From positions 558,001 through 622,000 of the forward strand of contig ML978131.1 of the NCBI GenBank assembly GCA_010015805.1: a DNA stretch of 64,000 nt, given 5' to 3'. The notes below the pieces were generated by a model. It was given only the letters and a program-made list of their open reading frames with translations, searched no databases and was not told the DNA's origin. This document shows positions 36,567 through 47,623 of the stretch, one piece after another. Made by a program: the position numbers and the translations under genes. How positions within the stretch are numbered: the stretch's first letter is position 1; every line of letters begins with the position of its first letter. Source of the DNA: Rhizodiscina lignyota (Eukaryota).

Positions 36567-37949
36567 TTACGCATTCAGACCCGCCAACAACTCCGCAATG
36601 CCCTCCACCTCCTCCGCTTTCTGGATGCCCTTCCGCCACTCCTCCGGAATCGCTGCTGCGCCGTAGTACGCTCCCGCAAGACCACCATACACTGCGCCAG
36701 CAGTGTCTGAGTCGCCGCCCAGGTTGACCACCTTCATCGCACCCTCCTTCCACGTGTCCGTCGTAAAGAACGCCCAGAGGGCTGAATCCAGAGTGTCGAC
36801 CACCCATCCACTGCTGGTAATGGCGCTCTCCTGCCATTGGGCCCACTCCTTCAACGGGTCGACGCTGCCTGGCGGGCATCTCGAATGCAGGCGCTGCCTC
36901 AAGTCGTTGTCGGAGATGTCCATCTCACTGATGCGGTGTGCGAGATGCGCCTTGTTCTTGAATGGCAGTTCATCTGCGATGTGAATTCCATGTCCGTGTT
37001 CGAAGCAGAGCGCGACAAGCCTCGTGTATATGACGCAGGCATCTCCGCAGACGCTGGATGGGTGGGTGATGTCGCTTGTTGCTCGCGCATATCGATCCGC
37101 CATGTCCTTTCTGAAGATTAGGCCGATAGGGACAGCACGCATGAGACTGCCATTGCCCTGCGTATATCCCACCTCATTCAGTACCTTGGAGTCGTAGATT
37201 TGCTTCTGGGTAGCGCTGAATTCGGCGTTGGAGAGCGGGTGTTGCTTGCTTGCAAGGTTCTTGTCAATGACATCCTTCCAAACGTTCATGGCTTCGTCAG
37301 TCTGGAGGCCGACGTCCCAGGCCTCGTTGCCGCTGGAAACGAGCTCGCCTTTGAATAGCCATTGGTAGAACCGATACGCAATGTCGCTGGTGTCAAACAC
37401 ACCGCCCTTGTCGATCAAGGATATCGCCAAGGAGAGAGTCATAGAACTATCGTCGGACCATGATCCGGTCGGCTTTTTGAAGTGTTTGATGGGACGTAGG
37501 CCTGTGACCTCCGTGAACTTGCCCCTCTTATGGAACTGAACTGGGCCACCAAGAGCGTCCGCTACGCAAACACCCAAGATTGCGCCGCAGACACGGTCAG
37601 AGCGGGATATTGGCTTCTCATCAATCTCTTCTTTCGAGATTGAGGACTTGTCAGGTTCGTCCACTTCTTCTTTCGGGCCGAGAGACTTCACAGGTTCGTC
37701 GACTTCTTCTTTCGGGCTGGGAGACTTCGCAGGTTCGTCGACTTCTTCTTTCGGGCTGGGAGACTTCGCAGGTTCGTCGATTTCTTCTTTCGGGCCGGGA
37801 GACTTCGCAGGTTCGTCGACTCCTTCCTTGCTGGGTTGGTTCTTCCTCTTTTTCGCCTCGGTAGGCTTCTCAGAGCCGTCGCTCTTCCTCTTCGAACCCG
37901 TTGTCTTGTTCGCCTCGTTCTTCTTGGTTTTCGAGCGGGTGGTCGCCAT
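36567..37949 (-). CDS. ADP-ribosylglycohydrolase (ARH/DraG family) with N-terminal basic region and 13-aa repeats
   Basis: Intronless 460 aa. GAILGVCVADALG, WSDDSSMT, WDVG, GNGSLMR, ITH, GGDSDTAGAVYGGLAGA, IPEEW. Confidence 0.92.
   Translation of the reverse strand: MATTRSKTKKNEANKTTGSKRKSDGSEKPTEAKKRKNQPSKEGVDEPAKSPGPKEEIDEPAKSPSPKEEVDEPAKSPSPKEEVDEPVKSLGPKEEVDEPDKSSISKEEIDEKPISRSDRVCGAILGVCVADALGGPVQFHKRGKFTEVTGLRPIKHFKKPTGSWSDDSSMTLSLAISLIDKGGVFDTSDIAYRFYQWLFKGELVSSGNEAWDVGLQTDEAMNVWKDVIDKNLASKQHPLSNAEFSATQKQIYDSKVLNEVGYTQGNGSLMRAVPIGLIFRKDMADRYARATSDITHPSSVCGDACVIYTRLVALCFEHGHGIHIADELPFKNKAHLAHRISEMDISDNDLRQRLHSRCPPGSVDPLKEWAQWQESAITSSGWVVDTLDSALWAFFTTDTWKEGAMKVVNLGGDSDTAGAVYGGLAGAYYGAAAIPEEWRKGIQKAEEVEGIAELLAGLNA
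37611..37829 (-). repeat. 39-bp coding tandem repeat, about 5.6 copies (KEEVDEPAKSPSP)
   Basis: Unit ttcttctttcgggctgggagacttcgcaggttcgtcgac is visible repeatedly on the + strand. Confidence 0.95.
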
Positions 37950-38915
37950 GATGTTTGGAAGCGAAAGTTTGTAAAGAGGAGAGAACGGAAGTAAAGGAAC
38001 AAAATGATAAAAGTCAGTGCCGATTTTTTTTTATTGTGGCGCAGTACGTCAATGGGGACGGGTGTACATATCAATAGGACAATAGGAAAGTCCGCGAGTG
38101 GCTGGTCTAACAAACGGACGGGTGGCTGGTCCAACCACCATGCGGCGGCCCGTGCATGTGGTGTTTGTATAATATGTACTTCTATGAAGGAACTACTTTT
38201 TAGCGAGTGAACGGTCTACGGGGCCACCTAACTGAAGTTGGCCTAGTACTTTTAAGAAGCTTCCTTATATTAGTGAAGTTGTATTTAAGGTTATTAAGGA
38301 GCAGCTTGCTTAGCTTGCTTTAGAAGACTACTTCTCGTTATTACGGAAAGGGGGGCGCTGTGAACTGTCGAAACCATCTGCAACTTGAAGTGTACCTCCA
38401 TCGATACCAGAAGTCCACCAATATGACAGCCAAGATCGCGCACTTTGCGTTTGGCGGTCTCGCACTAACTGCTCTTCGTAGCAAAGACAAAGCCATAAAA
38501 AGAATTACTGGGTCGAGCACTTCGACTGCGATGTCCAGTCTCAGCAGCTGAGTTGACAAAGCGAACGACCAAGTCGTCGATACCAACCCAGCTAGAAAGG
38601 ATCTTGCGCGGATGAGAGATGACAAGGAGATGCAGCATTCGGGCACTTTGAGGTGGATTGTGATGCAGGTGGATGAACTAGGTAAAGACCGCTTAGAGCT
38701 AAAGCAACACTAATTACAAACCGTACGCTGCGCCACTATGGCTGCCTAGTGCATTTACTCACACATCCACAGCTGTACAACGAACTTACTTCTCTACGCT
38801 AGCCGCCTTCCATCCCATTGCAGCCTTTGACTGCTAACAACTGACAATTCTTGCCCTCTTTGCTATCAGCTTTTCGCCTCCACCCAAGCGATTCAGGATA
38901 CTACTTGTCAGCGTC

Positions 38916-40952
38916 ATGGGTGCATCATTTGCCACGGAGACAGGGCAGCGATGCGACAAATGTCAACACTTCATTGACATTATTTTGCAAGGGCAGCGAG
39001 CCAAGGAAAATTATGGATTCAGTACATACAGTTTTGATCATCACAGCTCCTTCCAAGCCCTTCATAATTCAGCAGCTGAAGGGTGCGATCTTTGTATCTT
39101 GCTGCGGCACAGGCTTGTTGTAGCGACCGAGAAATATCAAGATCTTCTCCAGTCCACGGCACCTGTTACCATCGATGATATACAATTTCCTACGGAGTTG
39201 GACTACCCATTTGGCTTTCGGTTGAGTTGTTCTGACGGTATGGAAATATCTAACTATTGCTGGGCGCTCCGTTGTGAGAGGCAGGCCTCGGTCTCAAATT
39301 TCTCGAAATGGACGCCATGTCCAAGTTCGTATGACCACCCTGCAGAACTAACAGAGGACCTCAGGCTAGCCAAACAATGGCTCACGGAATGCCTCGAAAA
39401 CCACCATCTCTGTAAAACTACTTTCTCCGGTTTACTTCCACGGCGCTTAGTCTTCATTGGGGACACTCTTAATGGAGGCACTCAAAAATTGATCACCACA
39501 CGCAAGACTGACGAGAGCGACCAGTCGTACAAGTATCTGGAGCATCGAGAAGTGTCTCAGTATTCTACACTGAGCTACTGCTGGGGCCCCGATCCAGGAC
39601 CACTACGACTTCAGCATGAAAACTTAGACCAATTCGCGGAGAGCATTCCCTGGGAGGCTATACCCAAGACCATCCAGGATGCAATATTGATCTCGCGCTC
39701 TCTTAAGATTCATTATCTATGGGTAGATGCGCTCTGTATCATTCAACCTACGGAAGACGATGATTCGGACTGGACAGAAGAGTCATCTCGAATGGACTCT
39801 ATTTACTCCAACGCAGTATGTACCATCAGCGCAACTAGTGCAATGAATAACTCCGAAGGCTGCTTCTTTGAGAGACAATGGATGGTGTTCCCACTTCGTA
39901 ATTGCGATCTGGACATTACAGACCTGCATTTCGACGGCCAGCAGTCCGTAATTCTCACTTGCAAGCATCCTACGCATAAGAAAGATCTGGGGGGGTCAGC
40001 AGCACCTCTGAATAGACGCGCCTGGACCCTCCAAGAGCGACGACTCTCCTCGCGGGCCCTTGATTGGACCGAGAAGGGCGTTTTCTTTGACTGTCATACC
40101 CTACGCCATTCAAGGTGGGAGCGCGAGGATATCAATGAGGCCATCGGGATTCGTATGTCACTACTGTCTGGTAAGACGTTCAGTCGCCTCAACAATGAAG
40201 AAATTCTCGCCTACTGGTCCTACGTTATATACGACTACTCGCCGAGAGCACTTACTAAGCCTTCGGATCGGCTCGTGGCGTTGTCTGGAGTCGCGAAGTT
40301 TTTTCAGGCTTTTTTAAAGGACGAGTATCTCGCTGGCATATGGAGATCTAGTCTTCCTGTCGGCCTTTTGTGGCATTGGTTTACCTTTGGCGACTACGAT
40401 TCTGTCCAAAGCCAGACCACACCCGATCACCAAAGCTTCAATTCCAACGCATATCTTGCTCCATCATGGTCATGGGCAGCGACGCTTCCACGAAGAATAG
40501 CAATGCGATCTTTCGAAGATGTTCGAGTCACACCTGGCGTAAAAGTCGACTCGCAGAACACGAGAGTCGAACTTGCTACTACAGATCCTACAGGTGCAGT
40601 CAAAAACGGACAACTGCGCATCACTGCACCTGTTGTGACCGTGGTCCGTATATTAGGAGGTTGGCGGCTCCTGTATCATCCCTACTCACTACGCTTCATG
40701 GAGTGGTTGGACCCCTCTGAGGGCCATCAGCTCCTGCAGATGTCATGCCTTCTTATAGCTTACGAGAATAGGCCACTGGATCCTACATTTGGTCCAACGT
40801 ATATTGGCATTATTATCGAACCTGCCCCTGGATCCGCCAAGTGCTACAAGCGTATTGGTTTGTTCGAGCTTGCAATGGAGAGAAATGTTTCAGGACCGTA
40901 TCCTAGTCTTTACAATTTCATGGATCAATGGGACGATGTCACATTAGTTTAG
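38916..40952 (+). CDS. HET-domain (heterokaryon incompatibility) protein, intact
   Basis: Intronless 678 aa. WLTECLENH..C, LPRRLV, YSTLSYCWG, PKTIQDAI, YLWVDALCIIQ, DWTEESSRMDSIY, PLNRRAWTLQERRLS, YLAGIW, APSWSWA. Confidence 0.93.
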   Translation: MGASFATETGQRCDKCQHFIDIILQGQRAKENYGFSTYSFDHHSSFQALHNSAAEGCDLCILLRHRLVVATEKYQDLLQSTAPVTIDDIQFPTELDYPFGFRLSCSDGMEISNYCWALRCERQASVSNFSKWTPCPSSYDHPAELTEDLRLAKQWLTECLENHHLCKTTFSGLLPRRLVFIGDTLNGGTQKLITTRKTDESDQSYKYLEHREVSQYSTLSYCWGPDPGPLRLQHENLDQFAESIPWEAIPKTIQDAILISRSLKIHYLWVDALCIIQPTEDDDSDWTEESSRMDSIYSNAVCTISATSAMNNSEGCFFERQWMVFPLRNCDLDITDLHFDGQQSVILTCKHPTHKKDLGGSAAPLNRRAWTLQERRLSSRALDWTEKGVFFDCHTLRHSRWEREDINEAIGIRMSLLSGKTFSRLNNEEILAYWSYVIYDYSPRALTKPSDRLVALSGVAKFFQAFLKDEYLAGIWRSSLPVGLLWHWFTFGDYDSVQSQTTPDHQSFNSNAYLAPSWSWAATLPRRIAMRSFEDVRVTPGVKVDSQNTRVELATTDPTGAVKNGQLRITAPVVTVVRILGGWRLLYHPYSLRFMEWLDPSEGHQLLQMSCLLIAYENRPLDPTFGPTYIGIIIEPAPGSAKCYKRIGLFELAMERNVSGPYPSLYNFMDQWDDVTLV

Positions 40953-41303
40953 AAGTGAACGTTGCAATTGGGCTCGACCGCGACTTTGTATATGAATGGA
41001 ACTCCAATAAGTTGGCCGATAGCGTACAGGAGACAGTGGGATGGTGAGATCAATTGGTAGTACAAGAATAACAAAAGTCGTGGATACGTTATATTGCAAA
41101 TGTAGATGTAGCATTGAATCGCAGATGTTCGTAATACGCAGATCCTAAGGTGGGTTTGATGAGGTGATGCTGATTACCGCCTCCATCGGTTGATTTGCAC
41201 CCAGTCCTTAACACCCTCGCCGCGTTTGATCCTGCTACATTTTGGTTGCGGAGAAGCTCGCAAAAGTAGCGTCAGCTTCCTCGTCTCATCATCCTCCTCC
41301 ACA

Positions 41304-44108
41304 TCACCACCTGTAAAAAGCGAAATGTAAGCTGGGAGCACGAACAACGGATCCACGGGTAAATGAAAGCAGTGACTCACCCAAAGGTCTCTTCAATATA
41401 CTCCACTCCTCGCTTACCTTGCTTTAACGCTTTATGCACTGCAGCTCTCGCCTCGTCCGCCATACCAGCGGGTCCGCATGTCAGGATGGCAATTTTACCG
41501 CCGCCTACTGCACCAGCGCCGTTCACTTCATCGATCGCATTTAGAATCGTTCCTTCTATATCAGGACGGCCGTAGATGACGTTGATGTCGTTGCCGACGT
41601 CGATAGAGGGAATGATCTTAAGCTCCTCACCCCCTTTTGCGATATCAACAGAAGCAAGGCGGGCGTCTGCGTGAGAGGTGGAGTGGAGATGGACATGAAT
41701 ATCGTCACGTCCGAGAAACGGCTTTAACTCGTGTGCTGCAATGTCGCGAATCAGGGATGCTTGCTTCGCTGACCAGACAAACGTGATATCCTTGGTGATC
41801 GTTAAACGTTTACTGTCCGCGCTGTCTGCCGCCTGGCTAGTATTGCTGGCTACCCGTTTTATGTGTTCCTGCATATACGGCAGTGCACCAGAGACGCCAG
41901 TTCCACCAACGATGAAGACAACGTTCTCAAATGTGTGCAAAGGGCTACACTCGCCGTATGGTCCTTCGAGAAAGATATGCGGTGTAATGACGCCGGTAGG
42001 AGATTTGAGGCATTCCTCACGAAGACGTCGAGTCCAACTGCCAAATGGACGTATGATGAAGGTGAGTTTCTCCTTGCCGACCACATCATGAAAGACGTTG
42101 CGCGTATCTTGAGACACAGGCCGATCAATGTCTGAGGAATGACTAGATGACGGGCCTGCAGAGTGGTTCTGAATCTCTTTCTCTGCAGGACTTTCTGCCT
42201 GTGGGCCACTGTTGGGGTGAGGTGTTGTAGTCACATGTTCGTCAGATTCTCTGATGCGCTCATACGCCCCCAACGTGAATGGATGATTTTCCCAGCCCTT
42301 CCATTTCATCGGCTGATACAGGAAGTAGTGTTGTCCGGGGCCTGGTTTAAGTAGAGTTGAACCAGGTACAAGCTCGAGCCTAACGAAGTCGCCATCCTTA
42401 CTATATGTTGCCGAGGCCTTGGTGCTAATGACAGACCGCGACTTAACATGGAGATTGCAGAATGCGAACCGAACCACTCGAGCCACTCGATCGAAACACC
42501 AAATTGCCACAGGTGGCCATAGGTAGGGATTGTACGAACCATCGAATATGGCAGTGTGGCTATTGTGTAAGAGTTAGAACGTTGGCGCAGGATTAATAGA
42601 GTAAGGGGCACATACTAGAACAAGCCGACAAGTGTAATCACCGAAAGTGATATATGAATGATGAGAAAGACCTCATACGATTTCACCCGGAACCACATAA
42701 AGGAGAACAAGGCTAGTAGGCTCATTGCAATAGTGGCCTGCGTATCACATTAACTTCAGACCATCGTTGGGCAAGGAATATAGAACGGAGCCTACCATGC
42801 CACCCATGTACCAGTAATTTTCTGTCCACGACTCGCCAAAGTAGCCGACTAAGAAAGATTGTCAGCATTATTTTCTGAGATGGGCAAAACTTGAATATAA
42901 CATACATTCGCCCTCTAATACAGACCAATTGATCGAGTGGACAATTGCACATATGGTAGCCCATCGAGCAATGTGGCGATGAAACATATTGAATGTAGCG
43001 AAGCTCCAGCCCGTCAGCCACAAAAATATGTTATTCCTTCCAGCGAACAACCAGAGCCAGGGTAGGCAAGCGTAGGAGATTATACCAGTGCGGTCAGCAA
43101 TATAGCGCCAACCTTGCTGGCCTATCGAATAGCTTGAAGAGGATTAATTAGTATGAGGACATGAAACGTGGATAGCTTCTCGGACTTACTAAAGATTAAG
43201 CGAGATAACTTTGTAACCGACACAGCATAGAATAAAGTTCATAACGTAGAAGGTAGCAATGACAATTGTCTCCATACGTGTTGGAATGGTCATCCAGAGG
43301 ACCGGGCGATTATGATGTGAGCCGAACGCCGCGGGAATAATTAGGGTTGACCTGAACCAATGATAAAATGAATTGATAATGACAATGGGTTTCGCGCGGC
43401 TCTGGTGGGAGTTTACGGAGGAGTTACGCCCTTCAATATCGTGCCCGGCCTTCAAACGTCGAGACTGACGGACAGAAGTAATGAAGCGATTGATCATACC
43501 GATCAGCAGTATTCCTCCCCAGAAACCATACATTGCCCACCTATGGATAGTTAGTTTCACCATCTCAATGATCAGAGGAACGTGACATACCCGTATGCGT
43601 GCGGGTACTCAGCGGTTTCAATGTCGAAAATGACCTGTGCCCTTGTCAACATAGTGCACAAATACATGAAATACAGGGTACGTACATAAGTATCTCTGGC
43701 CATTTCCCAATAAGAGCGGCTTATCAGCACGGGTGTGTTGAAGACGGTGGCGTTTATGTAATCACTATAGTTCGCGACTGGAAGAGAGATGATGTATCCA
43801 TCTGTGAGAAGAGGCTCGATTTTGGAATAAGGGACTAATTCCACTCCGCCGTCTTCCTGACAGAGCGGATTGAAATAATCGAATCCGGCTTGGATCTCTC
43901 TGGGTGTGCAATATAGTTTGGCAGCCGCGTACATCGAGATGGTGTAAAGTTTGTTGGTGCATAGGTTGCCATAGTAGTCCGTGGGATCAGTGACATTGAA
44001 AATGAGATAGTTCACAGCTGTTTGGGCTCCCTGGAGGCAGCCAGTGTACTCGTCAACCGTTCCGAATGCTACACCAGACAGCACAAGCAGGATTGTCAAT
44101 AGCTTCAT
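41304..44108 (-). CDS. Ferric/metalloreductase (FRE family)
   Basis: Signal peptide, Cys-rich N-terminus, [55 protein letters not shown]. About seven introns (donors near 43685, 43590, 43188, 42906, 42796, 42615, 41380). Confidence 0.92.
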
Positions 44109-45054
44109 CTCTAAGGCAGAGTTCCAAAAGACGGGGGAGACGACAGAAACTCGAGGTGGAATTGAGAAACAAGCAGAATGGCCGCTAAGCAGGGTCTAAA
44201 GAGCGATATAAGATTGCAACTCCGGCAGCGAGTGGGACGCACGAGAAGTACTGTGACGGCCACATGTGTTAGAACGCATGTTGAGCGTGCTAGACCTGGT
44301 TCGAGGCACTCTGAAAACCGCACAGGAAGAGGCTGGACAAGTCTGCTGCCATGCTAATGGTGTGACTAGTTTGGTCGTGCATTCCGAGTTCAATGATGCC
44401 GGTAAATCTAAACGAGGTGAAAGTTTTTGTCCAATGCTATCTGGTAGAAATTCGTATTGACCCTAGCGTCAGCAGGACAGTGACCTTTCCACATCTCAGC
44501 TGCTCCGATATCCCGCTTGTTGTATTTCTGTAGAGTACAATGCTAGTCATGGATCGGCAGGTGACTCATTTAGATACCTTTGGTGTGTCAAGCTTTGCCA
44601 ATCCGGGGTCAAGCAGGATGCGGAGACGCTGTCTCTCGAGGATGAAAGCTTCAGTACAGACGCCGTCACTGCTCAGCCATAGGTCAGATGCTCACAGTGC
44701 ATCAAGATGTACATTGCACCATAGCGATGATAACATGACCGATACCGGCCAAGTAGCGTTGTTGGGCAGAAAAATTCTGCAGCCATACCGTGTTCGTACC
44801 TACCATTTCACAGAACGGGCAAGTTTCTCCTCCACAACTGGTGAGTGAGTAGTGCTCGGAGAGTCATTGTAACCAAGAAGGGCACACGCTCCAAGGACGG
44901 GTTGAAGAAGGAGGTGGACAGTAGTCATAGTTGTCATCAGTATACAGTCGCAACGATCATGGTGCCAGCACGGCCACCTGAGTATGAAGCATCAAAATCT
45001 GTGCAGATGTAGTCTTGAATTGGCCCCTATGCACTGCGACGTTGATGCAAAATC

Positions 45055-45318
45055 TTATCTGATAATCATTATCTGATCAAAACCCAGACGGCGCTAAGCG
45101 CGGCTCGCCAAGCCGCCCATATGATTTTTGCGTCGGTGCTCGATCTGCAAGGCTGCAAGGCTGCAATGGAGATTCACGCTTTCAGTAGAGCCTATCACCC
45201 AGTCCACGTAGAAAAAAAGAAGAAAAGCACACCTGAGGCATACCACGGCCAGGTGGACTCCGTCTTCATTATGAGGGTCACGTGCTTGCTTGCGGATCTG
45301 ATAAGATGAATCCGATAA
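45055..45318. promoter_or_regulatory. Cluster of SreA-type iron-repression GATA boxes (ATCWGATAA)
   Basis: ATCTGATAA at 45057-45065 and 45296-45304, ATCAGATAA on the - strand at 45069-45077, and variant ATCCGATAA at 45310-45318. Lies upstream of a ferric reductase. Confidence 0.75.
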
Positions 45319-46011
45319 GATCATACGATTTCGACGTCTATCCCAGCTTGTTTTCCTCCTTTTTTTCAACCTGCTCACAAGAGTGGCTGCACCAGCTTTA
45401 CGAGGCGTTTCCCTGCTGCCCGACCATGCAGTTGACGAGAGCTCCGCTATCGGCTCTGAAAGACTTCGATTCGTGGGCATCCTATCCCGTATACCTCTCG
45501 GTAGCGGCTTGAACTATTTTAGACTAATATGCTGCGAAGTTTCTTATACAGCTTGCGGACAATTGGCCAGGCTCACGGAGGACCATGAATATAGCTCTAG
45601 GGCAAGCAATTAATGTCACCATCCTCTGCCGGAAGACGCTATGATAGTACAGATTCTCGCCTAAGGTCACCTCTCTGGGCAGGTGACGTGCTTAACCGGT
45701 TCCTAGAAAAGTTCTCACGCTACAGTTGTTAGTTCGTCTCCATTACTTGGTCCTGCACGCTCGTTCGGACTTAGTCTAATAGAGTAGAGGCTGAAGGCAT
45801 ACAGGCGCCCAAGCAATGAGCAAGACAAGCAACCCAGAGCCGACGCCGCTGCCGGGTTTCAGTTGCATATAGACCTTGACTATGGCTATTTGATACTCTT
45901 GTGGTCCAAACCGCTTCCTCTCAAAAAGACTCCTCTTTCATTTGGCCTGTGCTACAGTAACAATCATATCAGCTGCCGATTTTATTGTAGATCAGTCTTC
46001 TCTTTGCCGCA

Positions 46012-47142
46012 ATGATCTCCAAAAGACTAGCCGCACTCGCAGCCCTTGCTGGTGCCACCCTAGCCCAGAGCTCAGGAGATCTGGCTACGGTACTCAATGC
46101 TACTGATGGAGCTTCCACCATTGGTCAAGTTGTCTCCCAACTCTCGGGATTCCTGGATGCCATCGATGGGAAAACGAATCTCACCTTCATTGCCCCGAAC
46201 GACACCGCCATTGCGCAATTCCTGAACTCTTCTCAGGGAAGAGCAGCTTCGGACGCCGGTGACGATTATCTTGTCAACCTACTCCTTTATCATACAATCA
46301 ATGGAGGATACAAAAATATCACGGACTACTTCGTTGCCCATACCCTCTTGACTTCAAATGCTCTTACGAATGTATCGGGCGGCCAGTTTGTAGGAGCGTA
46401 CTACGACGATGACGAAAACGTAACCAGCTTTCTCAGTGCAGACTACAACACGTCCGATGCTAGTCTGGCACCCCTATCCTTTGCGCAGGGATGGATTTAT
46501 ATCATTGACAGTGTATTGTCGATCCCAGAGGTTTTCAGCGAGGTTGCGGTTGCGAAAGACTTCAACGGCACTTCTTTCGCTGCGGCCCTCGATAATACTG
46601 GGTTGACGGAACAGTTCAACTGGCTCCACGATGTCACGTACTTCCTTCCTTTGGACGCTGGCTGGGCCACCGTGGACGAAGCTCTGGCGCAATTGAGCAA
46701 GGACAACTTGACAGAGGTGCTCAAATACCATGTTGCAGATCAGATCTTGCTTTTTGATGACTGGACCAATGGAACCCAAGTGACCACATTGCAGGGTCAG
46801 ACCATCACATTCACTCAAACACCCGACGAGGAGTGGTTCGTCAACAATGCCGGCGTTAGTGGCGTCGACTACTTCAGCTCTGGGGGAGTTGTGGTCCTCC
46901 TCGACAGTGTGCTAAACCCGTATTCGCCCTGGGCGCCACCGCGCAATGGCACCGATGGAGATGGGGTCCCCGCATGGCCAGTTTCAAATGCCACCAGCAC
47001 GGGAGCGGGTGGTTCGAGCACCGCGTCAGCCACTGGAAGCGTTGCCACTGCTACCTACACTGGTGCTAGTGTGCCACTGAAGGTGGGTGCTGTCGGCACG
47101 GCTGTTTTCCTCGGCCATGCTGCATTGTCACTTCTTTTCTGA
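46012..47142 (+). CDS. Secreted fasciclin (two FAS1 domains) protein, probably GPI-anchored
   Basis: Signal peptide; TFIAPNDTA/LLLYHTI/IYIIDSVL and TYFLPLDAG/VLKYHV/VVLLDSVL; Ser/Thr-rich stalk; hydrophobic C-terminus. Confidence 0.9.
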   Translation: MISKRLAALAALAGATLAQSSGDLATVLNATDGASTIGQVVSQLSGFLDAIDGKTNLTFIAPNDTAIAQFLNSSQGRAASDAGDDYLVNLLLYHTINGGYKNITDYFVAHTLLTSNALTNVSGGQFVGAYYDDDENVTSFLSADYNTSDASLAPLSFAQGWIYIIDSVLSIPEVFSEVAVAKDFNGTSFAAALDNTGLTEQFNWLHDVTYFLPLDAGWATVDEALAQLSKDNLTEVLKYHVADQILLFDDWTNGTQVTTLQGQTITFTQTPDEEWFVNNAGVSGVDYFSSGGVVVLLDSVLNPYSPWAPPRNGTDGDGVPAWPVSNATSTGAGGSSTASATGSVATATYTGASVPLKVGAVGTAVFLGHAALSLLF

Positions 47143-47623
47143 AATGCCACAACCAAAAAGATGCACCTGTGGTCTGGAGCAGTGTGAACTTGGGTTGGAG
47201 GATGACGACAGATGTCGGAGGTGATGGCAAAACTGACCACTATGAAAGCTTTAATTCTGTCCAAATATCAAGTACTAGACAAGCTCAGTCGACAATACCA
47301 AAGTCAACCAAAGTGCATTTTCACGGGATCGCTATCATCGCCTAGCACAGGTGTTAGTTAGTTAGTTGAGCAGCATGAAAAGTCTTCTCACTTTGTTTAG
47401 TAAAGATTGAGAAACGTACTTGAATTCTTTATTGGGACCCTCGACGCTCTTCTTCCCAGTTGCATTCCTCAAATACTGGCTCGCCTGCTCATGCCTTCTG
47501 GGTCCCTACGAGATGTCTAAGCATCTTCTCTCTGAAAATCCCCTCTTATTCTTACGATGGCCTAAGTTCGGAGAGTAGTTCAAGGTTTGAGTAGCATCCG
47601 CAATCTTCAAAGGCATTCGAAAC

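Noticed and set aside
37611..37829. Repeat array resembling CRISPR
   Set aside because: Contiguous in-frame 39-bp coding units with no unique spacers, in a eukaryotic context with no cas genes.
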